A DNA stretch of 64,000 nucleotides from Rhabdaerophilum sp. (lineage in GTDB: Bacteria > Pseudomonadota > Alphaproteobacteria > Rhizobiales > Beijerinckiaceae), in the NCBI GenBank assembly GCA_051654985.1, contig JBOFZC010000030.1:19920-83919 (forward strand), read 5' to 3'. The position numbers were made by a program, and so were the translations under genes. The notes below the pieces were generated by a model. It saw only the letters and a list, made by a program, of their open reading frames with translations, searched no databases and had not been told where the DNA came from. This document shows, piece by piece, positions 50,121-58,549 of this stretch. The stretch's first letter is position 1. Every line of letters begins with the position of its first letter.

Positions 50121-50671
50121 CGCCATGGCTTTTGATATGCTCTCTGGCGGTGAGCATGCTAGGGAATGCCCCGACTACGTCGAGGGCTGAAAGCAAGGTG
50201 CATCCGGCAAAGGCCTGGCAGACCCTGACAATGGTCGATCTTCGCCTCATCGGACCGACCCAGTTGCCCACGGCACGGCTTTGGCATGACCGGCTCGCAG
50301 TTTCTTCCAGGTCTAAGAGTGCCCCGTTCAGTTCGTCTGTAGGCGGCCAAGCGGCGATGGCCGCCAATATCGTGATCCGCTCTCCCGACACAGTGGTCAT
50401 GCTCTCGATCCTGCAGGTCGAAGGGGCATGTGAGCCTCGGCCCGTCGCGCCGCAGGTCTTGATTTGTCCAATGCGTCTCGTGCGCTTCGATCCCAACGGG
50501 ACGACGATCCGCGAGGGCAAGGCCTGTTTCGTGGGTGCTTCCGCAGGCGGTGCGGCGCCGCGCGCCTATGCATCATATGACCCCAGATCCCGCGCGATCC
50601 GCCTCGGTGTTGTGGTGGGAGGAGAGGCCGTGGAGGGCTGTTCGCAATCGGTCCCCGTGAGAGGAGAGTGA
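50117..50671 (+). CDS. Secreted hypothetical protein, 4-Cys family paralog A
   Basis: ATGA overlap with the SNase gene, signal peptide, similarity to the next gene. Confidence 0.72.
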   Translation: MTPWLLICSLAVSMLGNAPTTSRAESKVHPAKAWQTLTMVDLRLIGPTQLPTARLWHDRLAVSSRSKSAPFSSSVGGQAAMAANIVIRSPDTVVMLSILQVEGACEPRPVAPQVLICPMRLVRFDPNGTTIREGKACFVGASAGGAAPRAYASYDPRSRAIRLGVVVGGEAVEGCSQSVPVRGE

Positions 50672-50674
50672 GAG

Positions 50675-51238
50675 ATGAGACCTGTCGGATTTGGCCTCGT
50701 GATTGGCGTGCTTCTCGGCGCGACCACTGGCACTGCCTTCGCCCAGAACACCGAGTGGAAGGCGATGGAGTTCCGCGATCTCCGCGAGAAATCCTCAACA
50801 GATATTCTGCAGACCACGATCTGGTCGAATGAGATCCGCTCGCAGAATGACTTCATCGAAAAGGAACTCAAGCGCGCTCTTGGTGGGCGCAACGCCTGGA
50901 TCAATGCGCTCGTGTCGACATTCACGCTCGGCGAGCAGCGCCTCGTGGTATCAGTCCTGACATCCCAAAAATGCGACAATGGTGCAAACCATAATGCCAG
51001 CGGACGAGAAGCTTCGGTTTGTCCGCTGAAGATCGCGTTGGTATCCGGGGGGAATGTCCAGATCGCGATAGAGGATACCGGCTGCCTTGTTGAGCCGCCT
51101 GAGCAAGGGGCACCTCTGGTCAACCAGCATGATAGCGTGCAGGTGCAGTTCGACCTCGAGAGGCGTATCATTCGGATGCGCGCGCTAGTCGGTGGCCAAT
51201 GGGCTCCTCGCTGCTCCCGTGAGTTTCGGGTGCCGTGA
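50675..51238 (+). CDS. Secreted hypothetical protein, 4-Cys family paralog B
   Basis: RBS GAGGAG, signal AFA|Q, shared Cys spacing with paralog A. Confidence 0.78.
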   Translation: MRPVGFGLVIGVLLGATTGTAFAQNTEWKAMEFRDLREKSSTDILQTTIWSNEIRSQNDFIEKELKRALGGRNAWINALVSTFTLGEQRLVVSVLTSQKCDNGANHNASGREASVCPLKIALVSGGNVQIAIEDTGCLVEPPEQGAPLVNQHDSVQVQFDLERRIIRMRALVGGQWAPRCSREFRVP

Positions 51239-51960
51239 TGTTGTGCCTCCAGAAACGGAAGCCGGGCCAACTCTCCCTTGCCATGACGCTAGCTATGGTC
51301 GCCTTCATGATGCCGTTCTCGGCTGTCGCCCAGCGCCAGCAATACTGCGAGCGAACCAACTATTCCGCGCAGGAAATCACGAATGCGGTGAACGCCTCGC
51401 CTCTGCGCGATGAGCTCAAGGCGACATCCTGTTCCCTGGGGGGGCTCGGCCGGTTTGAATCGGGTGGAAACAAGGGCGTCTACAATGGGAGCTGCTGCAC
51501 CGGCATCTTCCAGCTCAACAATCGGAATGTCCGAGACTATGCCGGTGTCGATCGAGAAACCTTCGGCTGCATGAGTTTGCAGGAGCAGGTTGACGCGTGG
51601 GCGCGCCTGACCAATGACGGATATAGAACCGGTGTCATCCGTCGCTTGACGGAAATGGGCGTATTCGATGGGCGACGCGTGGATGCGAGCTTTATCGCTG
51701 CCTGCATCCAGCTCGGTGTTGGCAATTGCCAGACCATGGTGAATTCCGGGCGCTGCTCGGGTTTTGCGGATTCGAACGGCACAACCATCTGCGATATGGC
51801 GCGTGCTGCTCAAGCCAATGCCGACCCGAATTGCCAGAACAATCCCAACACGCCCGCCTGCGAGCAGGGACCTGGGGACTTTCCACCTGGCCAACCTGTT
51901 GCTGCCGTGCCGCCGGCGCCGGCCGCAACGGATATCATGGTGGGTTTGGGAGAGGTTTGA
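51235..51960 (+). CDS. Secreted lysozyme/lytic-transglycosylase-like protein, Cys-rich
   Basis: RFESGG...GIFQL motif pair, signal peptide, GTGA overlap with the upstream stop. Confidence 0.7.
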   Translation: MMLCLQKRKPGQLSLAMTLAMVAFMMPFSAVAQRQQYCERTNYSAQEITNAVNASPLRDELKATSCSLGGLGRFESGGNKGVYNGSCCTGIFQLNNRNVRDYAGVDRETFGCMSLQEQVDAWARLTNDGYRTGVIRRLTEMGVFDGRRVDASFIAACIQLGVGNCQTMVNSGRCSGFADSNGTTICDMARAAQANADPNCQNNPNTPACEQGPGDFPPGQPVAAVPPAPAATDIMVGLGEV

Positions 51961-52020
51961 TTCACAGGCCAAGCGCTGCCTTCCAATACGGCACGTTAGA
52001 CATGGTGCTTGACAATCTTT

Positions 52021-52056
52021 GCACTTATTTCATTTGTAGCACTTAATGCATTTAAG
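52021..52056 (+). repeat. Four 9-bp tandem imperfect repeats in the excisionase-HTH promoter
   Basis: GCACTTATT / TCATTTGTA / GCACTTAAT / GCATTTAAG, just downstream of TTGACA (52009-52014). Confidence 0.65.
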
Positions 52057-52085
52057 AGTGCGCAAGCACCGTCAGAGAGAGTGTC

Positions 52086-52547
52086 ATGTCCCGCGCCACC
52101 ACCGCACACCGTGCTCCGCCGCCCAACCAGGCTGAAATTACGCTTGCCCGCTCCTCGGCTCAGCGCCTGGGTTCGCTTGTCCGCAGAAGCGAGCCCTTGC
52201 GTGTCCGTGTGATTGATCGCGGACAGGAGGCGCCGATCGAGCTTCCTGCCGTCGCCGTCGACCTCTTGCTGGATATCCTTGGCGCGATGGCTGCCGGCCA
52301 AGGCGTGACCATCATCCCTGAGAATGCCGAACTCACGACCGTGCAGGCTGCCGGGGTTCTCAATGTCTCGCGACCGTTTTTGATCAAGCTCCTTGAGGAT
52401 AATGCCATTCCGCACCGGAAAGTCGGGAAGCACCGCCGGGTCAGAATGGAAGACGTCATGGCTTATAAGGCGCGGATCGACCGTGACCGGGAAGCCGTGC
52501 TCGACGCTCTTGTCGCCGACGCTCAGGAGCAGGGCATGGGATACTGA
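52086..52547 (+). CDS. Excisionase-type (HTH_17) DNA-binding protein
   Basis: IELP..AVDLL..IL.AMAAGQGV, LTTVQAAGVLNVSRPFLIKLL...VGKHRRV. Confidence 0.92.
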   Translation: MSRATTAHRAPPPNQAEITLARSSAQRLGSLVRRSEPLRVRVIDRGQEAPIELPAVAVDLLLDILGAMAAGQGVTIIPENAELTTVQAAGVLNVSRPFLIKLLEDNAIPHRKVGKHRRVRMEDVMAYKARIDRDREAVLDALVADAQEQGMGY

Positions 52548-52553
52548 GCGGGG

Positions 52554-53123
52554 ATGACCTACACCGCGCTCCTCGACGCCAATGTGCTCTATCCCGCTGT
52601 CACGCGGGATATTCTCATGCGCCTTGCTGTCACCGACATCTACAAGGCGCGCTGGAGTAACGACATTCACCGGGAATGGATCGAAAATCTCATCGATAAT
52701 GAGCCAAAACGCGAGCGCGCCAAACTGGAGCGCACGCGTGAACTCATGGACCTCAATGTCCGGGATGCGCTGGTTACAGGATACGAGCCGCTCATTCCTG
52801 GGATTGTCGGCTTGCCCGACCCGGATGATCGGCATGTCCTTGCGGCCGCAATCGTCGGCCGCTGCGATGTGATCGTGACCGCGAACTTGCGAGATTTCCC
52901 GGAGGCAGCGATCGCACCTTATGGGATCGAGGCGATCCACCCCGATGAGTTCCTGGGCTCCCATCTCAGTCTTGCCCCGGGTCTCTTCTGTGGCTGCGTG
53001 AAGCGCATTCGGGCTCAGCTCAAGAACCCTCCCATGAGCGTCGAGGACTATCTCGGAAAGCTGGTCGCATGTGGATTGGTCGCGACCGCAAAGGCGCTCG
53101 AGCAATATGCCGAATTAATCTGA
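52554..53123 (+). CDS. PIN-domain protein
   Basis: LLDANVLYP, WSNDIHREW, LPDPDDRHVLAAA, IVTANLRDFP. Confidence 0.92.
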   Translation: MTYTALLDANVLYPAVTRDILMRLAVTDIYKARWSNDIHREWIENLIDNEPKRERAKLERTRELMDLNVRDALVTGYEPLIPGIVGLPDPDDRHVLAAAIVGRCDVIVTANLRDFPEAAIAPYGIEAIHPDEFLGSHLSLAPGLFCGCVKRIRAQLKNPPMSVEDYLGKLVACGLVATAKALEQYAELI

Positions 53124-53155
53124 GCGGTCTCTCGATTTGCCGTGTTTTCAAGCAC

Positions 53156-53560
53156 CTAGTCCCGGCGGCGCGTCTTTGCCGATTGCCCCGTGGATTTCTT
53201 TTTGAACTCGACGCGCTGGCTTTCGAGTTGCGCGAGCGCCTCGACGCGTGCCCGACTGGAAGCCTTGATGGCCTCGAGATCAATGTCCCTGGCATCCAGC
53301 GCTTTCTTCACAACGCCATCGTTGAGCCCGAGGAGTTCCCAGACCGAAAGGCCAAGTCCCTTGGCAATGAGTTCGAGGGTATCGAGCGTCGGGTTGGCGT
53401 CGCCCTTGACGAGGAGGTAGTAGGTCCCCGGTGAAATCCCGACCTTCGCCAGAAAGCTTGCCAGATCCTCGTGGTCAGCCGCAAGCTGTTCGAGCCTGAT
53501 GCCGAGTACCGATGCCAATGTCTTTTCCGCGGTTCTGCCGCGCCCCGCTTTGGGAGCCAT
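53156..53560 (-). CDS. XRE-family HTH regulator
   Basis: FLAKVGISPGTYYLLVKGDANPTLDTLELIAKGLGL. Confidence 0.8.
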   Translation of the reverse strand: MAPKAGRGRTAEKTLASVLGIRLEQLAADHEDLASFLAKVGISPGTYYLLVKGDANPTLDTLELIAKGLGLSVWELLGLNDGVVKKALDARDIDLEAIKASSRARVEALAQLESQRVEFKKKSTGQSAKTRRRD

Positions 53561-53694
53561 CTGCCTGCCCGATCCATGATCCAATGATTGGCTGCAGCGT
53601 GCATACATTTTCTACGATACGCAATAGATCGCACAACCAGAGACCTTCCGCTGGATGACTGTTCCCATTGGGTCGGGTGGAAGGGAATTCCGTT

Positions 53695-53955
53695 CTATTG
53701 GTTCACCGGCGCCAGTTTGGCCAATCGGTCAATCGCTTCGGCGAGAAGTGATGCGTGCAGAGCTTTGCCGGAATAGGCGATCTGGACCGTCGCCCAGTAG
53801 AGAACCTCGTTCGGATCGTTGTAAAACACGCCGGTCGCGAGATTGCGGGCAATCAGCTCTTTCACATTGGCTTCGGGGCGTGTCAGCAGATAGGAGAGCA
53901 GCGTATCGATCGGCGCACGCTCTGGTATCGTCGGCATCTTCAGGCTTTCCGGCAT
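53695..53955 (-). CDS. Hypothetical protein
   Basis: GGGGAGAGAG RBS before ATG at 53955. Protein-like composition, co-directional with the XRE gene. Confidence 0.55.
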   Translation of the reverse strand: MPESLKMPTIPERAPIDTLLSYLLTRPEANVKELIARNLATGVFYNDPNEVLYWATVQIAYSGKALHASLLAEAIDRLAKLAPVNQ

Positions 53956-54125
53956 CTCTCTCCCCTTTGATTGCCGTGGGCGGAAAGCGCGGAGCCATGC
54001 CATAGACTTTTGTATAATACAATCTGCAATATATTAGATCATGTATTGACTGTTTTTCGTGAAACTGTCGAGGTTTACCGCCATCTGGTCGTGGTTGGAG
54101 CAAGAGGTGATTTCGGGCCGTTTGT

Positions 54126-54173
54126 GACGGTTTGAGAGGGGAAGAGAGAGGTTCTGCCCCGACCGTCGTGGAG
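54126..54173 (+). promoter_or_regulatory. Purine-rich hairpin leader of the ParB-like gene
   Basis: GACGGT(54126-31)/ACCGTC(54162-67) outer stem, GGGG/CCCC inner stem, GGAG RBS immediately 3'. Confidence 0.5.
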
Positions 54174-54182
54174 ATGACGGAC

Positions 54183-56324
54183 ATGACCCAGACGGATTCC
54201 AGCACTGTTACTCACCGGCCCATAGTTGGTGCCCTCGCCGCCCCTCGCGAGGTTCCCCTTTCCCAGCTCGTCTCTTCTGCTGCCAATGTCCGGAAGGTTC
54301 GAGCCTTCATGAGCATTGACGATCTCGCGGAGGACATCGCGCGTCGGGGGCTCCTGCAGTCGCTCTCTGTCCGTCCCGTGATAAATGATGCTGGCGTCGA
54401 GACGGGGCAGTTCGCTGTTCAAGCCGGAGGGCGACGCCTCGCCGCCCTTCAGAAGCTTCAAGCAGAAGGCCGCATCAGCCCTGATCATCCGATCCCCTGC
54501 CTCGTCAAATCCACCGGCATCGAGGTCGAGGATTCGCTTGCTGAGAATGTGATGCGCTCCGGTCTTCATCCGCTCGACCAGTTCCGGGCCTTCAAGGCTC
54601 TGGCCGACGATGAAGGGCTCTCGGTCGATGAGATCGCGGCACGGTTTTTCGTCTCGCCGCAGGTCGTTCGCCAACGCCTGAAGCTCGCCTCTGCAAGCCT
54701 GACCCTGCTTGCGGCCTATGCCGAGGACGAGATGACGCTCGATCAACTCATGGCGTTCTGCGTGACGGCGGAGCATGCCCGCCAGGAAGGGGTCTGGGAG
54801 CAGATCCGGCATGGCTACAACAAGGAGCCCTACCTGATCCGGCGCCTTCTCATGGAAGGTGCGGTCAAGGGCAATGATCGGCGCGTCCTTTTCGTGGGAG
54901 CTGCCTCCTACGAAGCCGCTGGCGGTGTGATCCTGCGCGATCTCTTCTCGGAGGATGGCGGGGGCTGGTTTCAGGCTGGTGCGCTGCTCGACCGTCTCGC
55001 CATGGAGAAGCTGGCCGAGGAAGCCAAGGGCATCGCCACCGAGGGCTGGAAATGGGTCAAAACGGCCCTCACCTTCCCCTATGGCCATCTCAACGGCCTG
55101 ACACGGCTCTCATCGACACCGGTGCCGGTCTCGGCTGATGAGCATGCGCGTTATGACGCCACCCTTGCCGAGTACAATGCGCTGTCAGAGGAATTCGAGG
55201 GCGTCGAGGAACTTCCCGAGGAGATCGACCAGCGCATGGGCGAGCTCGAAGACATCCTCGCGAGGGTCGATGAACGCCCCGAGATCTTCAATCCAGAGGA
55301 AATCGCCAATGCCGGGGTTTTCGTCAGCATCGAGCACGATGGTCGTCTGCGCGTCGAAGCTGGCTATGTCTGCCCAGAAGATCGCGTTGCAATTGCACCT
55401 CGTCAGTCGTCGAGCAGTCCGACCACAGGCGATGATTCTGCTTTGTCCTGCCAGACTGGAGGCGTTGGACCGAAAACGTCAGAGGATGCCGATGACGTCG
55501 AAACGGAGACCACGGCCCGCCTCTCCGACCGCCTCGTCGCCGAACTCACGGCCTATCGGACGCTCGCCTTGCGGGAAGCCATGGCTGATGATCCCGATAC
55601 CGCGCTCCTCACCTTGACGCATGCCCTAGTGCTCAAGAGCTTCTACCGCTTCGCTGGTTCGGAGACCTGCCTCGAGCTCGATATCCGGTCCTCCTCGTTG
55701 GAGGCGTATGCACCTGACCTCGGCGAAAGCGATGTCGCCAATCGGATGAGCGCCCGCCAGGCGCGCTGGGCTGGGATGCTGCCGAAAAATCCCGGTGATC
55801 TCTGGGATGCGCTTGTCGCCTTTGATGCGGATTCGCTCGCAGCCCTCTTCGCGTGGTGCGTCTCGACAGGCGTCAATGCACTGCAACTCCCGCACATACG
55901 CCGCACCCGTGAACTCGATCATGCCGACCGGCTCGCGGATCATGTCGATCTCGATATGCGCCGCCATTGGTCTGCGACCTCGAAAAGCTTCTTCGGGAAG
56001 GTCACGAAATCCCAGATCCTCGTGACGGTGCGCGAGGTGAAGGGCGAGGCGGCAGCCCAAATGATCGATCACCTCAAGAAGTCTGACATGGCAACTGAGG
56101 CAGAGCGCCTTGTCGCCGGCGCAAACTGGTTGCCGGCTCCCTTGCGATCGATCCATGAGATGGGCTTGCACGCGCTTGTCGCCCCATCTGCAACGACGGT
56201 CGAAGCTCCCACACAGCCCGCGAGCGAAGGGAGTGAGGATGCCGATTCAGAGGCTGTTACGCTCCCAGCCTTCCTGACTGAGGGCCTGGCAACGGCGTCA
56301 ACTTATCCCATCGCCGCCGAATAG
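54183..56324 (+). CDS. Large ParB/Spo0J-like protein of conjugative elements
   Basis: NVRKV, IARRGLLQSL.V, AGGRRL.AL, SLAEN..R..LHPLDQF, HTH V.QRLKL, C-terminal LPAFL...IAAE. Confidence 0.92.
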   Translation: MTQTDSSTVTHRPIVGALAAPREVPLSQLVSSAANVRKVRAFMSIDDLAEDIARRGLLQSLSVRPVINDAGVETGQFAVQAGGRRLAALQKLQAEGRISPDHPIPCLVKSTGIEVEDSLAENVMRSGLHPLDQFRAFKALADDEGLSVDEIAARFFVSPQVVRQRLKLASASLTLLAAYAEDEMTLDQLMAFCVTAEHARQEGVWEQIRHGYNKEPYLIRRLLMEGAVKGNDRRVLFVGAASYEAAGGVILRDLFSEDGGGWFQAGALLDRLAMEKLAEEAKGIATEGWKWVKTALTFPYGHLNGLTRLSSTPVPVSADEHARYDATLAEYNALSEEFEGVEELPEEIDQRMGELEDILARVDERPEIFNPEEIANAGVFVSIEHDGRLRVEAGYVCPEDRVAIAPRQSSSSPTTGDDSALSCQTGGVGPKTSEDADDVETETTARLSDRLVAELTAYRTLALREAMADDPDTALLTLTHALVLKSFYRFAGSETCLELDIRSSSLEAYAPDLGESDVANRMSARQARWAGMLPKNPGDLWDALVAFDADSLAALFAWCVSTGVNALQLPHIRRTRELDHADRLADHVDLDMRRHWSATSKSFFGKVTKSQILVTVREVKGEAAAQMIDHLKKSDMATEAERLVAGANWLPAPLRSIHEMGLHALVAPSATTVEAPTQPASEGSEDADSEAVTLPAFLTEGLATASTYPIAAE

Positions 56325-56349
56325 CCCTTCCTTGCCTCATCGATCCCCT

Positions 56350-56382
56350 GCCCGGCCGAGCCTGTCTCGTGTCGGGCTTTTT
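56350..56382 (+). terminator. Intrinsic terminator after the ParB-like gene
   Basis: GCCCGGC-CGAG...CTCG-T-GTCGGGC stem followed by TTTTT. Confidence 0.7.
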
Positions 56383-56848
56383 CATTCTGGAGTGCTCCAC
56401 GGGCCGGGGTGATTTCGATTGAGCCTTTCTTTAGCTTGTGCGGCCAAGCCAGTGAATGGAGACTTGGCGCCTCAATTGCGGTCTTCCAAGCGGATGTCAT
56501 GTGATTCCGGAATCGGACCGTCCGTTTTTGAACAGCCGATGACCAGTTTCGAAAGTCCGCGTCCCTTGTGGGCGCCAAGTCAGTCGCTGAAATCGTTGCC
56601 GTTGGCATCTGTTGCGCCAGGCTCGAACCTGGCAACGCCGCGTGGGCATGGGCCTGCGCGGCGTTCTTGCTTTGGCGCCAGGTCAGGCAGGTTCGCCAGA
56701 CGCGCAGGGTAGGTCCGTGGGGGCCCATCCGAGGTTCCGCTCAAACGGCATCGTGCCTGTTCCTCAGGGAACAGCGCCCGGGCGCGGGGGGCTCTAGGGT
56801 CATCACATCGGCGGAACGAACCGCCCCCCAGCCAGATGGAGACACAAC

Positions 56849-57202
56849 ATGACCCGCAAGTTCGCTCTCGCCGCCCTCGCCGTCGCCGCTCTGGCTGCCG
56901 GCCCGATTTTCACCACCCAAGCCGAGGCCAAGAATGGCCGCCAGGGCGCCGGCATCGCCCTCGGTGTCGCCGCGGGCATCGGCGGCCTGATCATCGGCTC
57001 GGCCATCGCCAACGCCCGTTCCCCCGGCTACGGCGAGACCCGCTATCACGCGGAGCCCCGCCATCGTGGCCATGGCTATGGCTTCCGGACCGTCAATGCC
57101 TACGCGGTCGATGAAGAGGATTGCTTCCAGAAGCCGATCCGCCGCTTCGATCCCTATTCCGGCCGGGTTGTCGTCGTCGGCAGCAAGGTGGTCTGCCGCT
57201 GA
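56849..57202 (+). CDS. Small secreted Gly-zipper protein, very GC-rich codons
   Basis: RBS GGAGA, signal AEA|K, GIALGVAAGIGGLIIGSAIA, C-terminal Cys pair (DC...VC). Confidence 0.85.
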   Translation: MTRKFALAALAVAALAAGPIFTTQAEAKNGRQGAGIALGVAAGIGGLIIGSAIANARSPGYGETRYHAEPRHRGHGYGFRTVNAYAVDEEDCFQKPIRRFDPYSGRVVVVGSKVVCR

Positions 57203-57897
57203 GGCAGGCCATCAGAACCGGGGGCAAAAGGCGCAAAGATTGCAACTTGGGCTAGTCGGCTTCGCGCCCCCAATGCGGTCACTGAGGGGAAGCTTCAGTT
57301 AACCCGGAAGCGGCCGATCGGAGCGGCTTGTTTGGCACCAGTTACAGCGATGCCTGCAACTCAGTCAGTTTGATCATCAGCGTTCGCGGCTGGGCGGGCG
57401 CAGCTTCCAGCCCTACCGCTCGACAATATGCTGCTGCCTCGTTGGAAATGGCGTGAATGAGCAGACATCGAATGCTGATGGTGTCCGCTGCGATCTTGAG
57501 GTGTGGCGTGGTCACTCTACCACTGGAGAGGCGGCTACTCACGTTCCCGGTTGTCCACTTACCCACAGCAAGCCTTGGCGGATAAGGTGGGACCGCCACA
57601 GGGTTTGGCCTCATTCTGAGTTTCAAGCGGCGTACCACTCGCCGGGCGGGCAGACAGTTAAACCTGAACCCTGACGTTGATGAGATCGGGCGTGATGGGC
57701 CCGAAAGAGCTGCATCGGACGCACGCTGCCGTTGACTTCCAAAGTCGACTTTGCCGCCTGCTTGAGTATTTCACGTTCAGAGACTTTCCGCACGATCGCG
57801 GCGAGCTTGCCCGAGCGCACGTGCTGTGGGGAGCTTGTCAGTCCGCCGAACCACAAAGGCCACTGCCGTAATTTGCAGAAAAAACTCTTGTCTATGA

Positions 57898-57950
57898 ATT
57901 GTCAGAAAAAACATTAGAGATATTGACATTGTCAGTTTTTGTCTCCATGT
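57898..57950 (+). promoter_or_regulatory. AT-rich promoter with TGACA/TGTCA repeats
   Basis: TTGACA at 57922-27 inside the palindrome TGACA-T-TGTCA. ATTGTCAG occurs twice. Confidence 0.55.
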
Positions 57951-57970
57951 TTTGACGCATGGAGGGTGCC

Positions 57971-58549
57971 ATGACCGATGGTCCGTTCAAAAATTTAAAA
58001 CTCGGGAACTGCTGGAAGCGGTTGGTCGACGCCGTGCAAAACGACGCGGCATCGTCCGAGGAATGTCGCGCCGTCGCGTCAGATGCGCTAGCCCGCCACC
58101 TCGTTACGAAAGAGCATATCAAGGCAATTAACGAGCTCGACGCACATCTTAGTAAGGGTCAGCTAGAGCTCGATCCGGTGGGGTCGATCGACGCCATCTT
58201 CGACCGCTGCGGGAAGACGCCGTTCCTCGACGCGCTTCAGAAAGAACTGGCGTATCGGACGGCCAATGACACGCCGCTCAGCGATGCCGTTGCACCCGCG
58301 CTCGACGCCGCCATCGCTTTGCAGATCGGCGAAACGCAGAGCCGGTTCCATGAGGAATGCATCCGCGCATACGAAGACGGTGAGATCAGCCGGAGTGCAT
58401 CAGACAACGCGCGTAGAAAAGTGGATGTCGCCTTCGACGCCCTAGACTACGGGAAGGTCCGCACCGCACTGATTGAAGGTCGAAAGGACGCCTTCGAGAG
58501 CGACTTCGGCAAGAGCGACGGTGTCGATGATGGGATGGTCCGATTGTGA
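57971..58549 (+). CDS. Unknown helical protein (N-terminus MTDGP)
   Basis: GGAGG RBS before ATG at 57971. Stop overlaps the next GTG (GTGA). Acidic DxxDDG C-terminus. Confidence 0.85.
   Translation: MTDGPFKNLKLGNCWKRLVDAVQNDAASSEECRAVASDALARHLVTKEHIKAINELDAHLSKGQLELDPVGSIDAIFDRCGKTPFLDALQKELAYRTANDTPLSDAVAPALDAAIALQIGETQSRFHEECIRAYEDGEISRSASDNARRKVDVAFDALDYGKVRTALIEGRKDAFESDFGKSDGVDDGMVRL

Noticed and set aside
52086-52547. ICE excisionase marking an att site
   Set aside because: No integrase, tRNA or att-like repeat nearby. The HTH_17 + PIN pairing is better explained as a TA-like module.
51996-53105. 369-aa minus-strand ORF
   Set aside because: Antisense to the well-supported HTH/PIN pair.
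54075-55088. 337-aa minus-strand ORF
   Set aside because: Antisense to the ParB-like gene.
57676-57710. Hammerhead ribozyme (TGATGA...GAAA)
   Set aside because: The core starts TTGATGA, not CTGATGA, and stem II does not close flush against the core.
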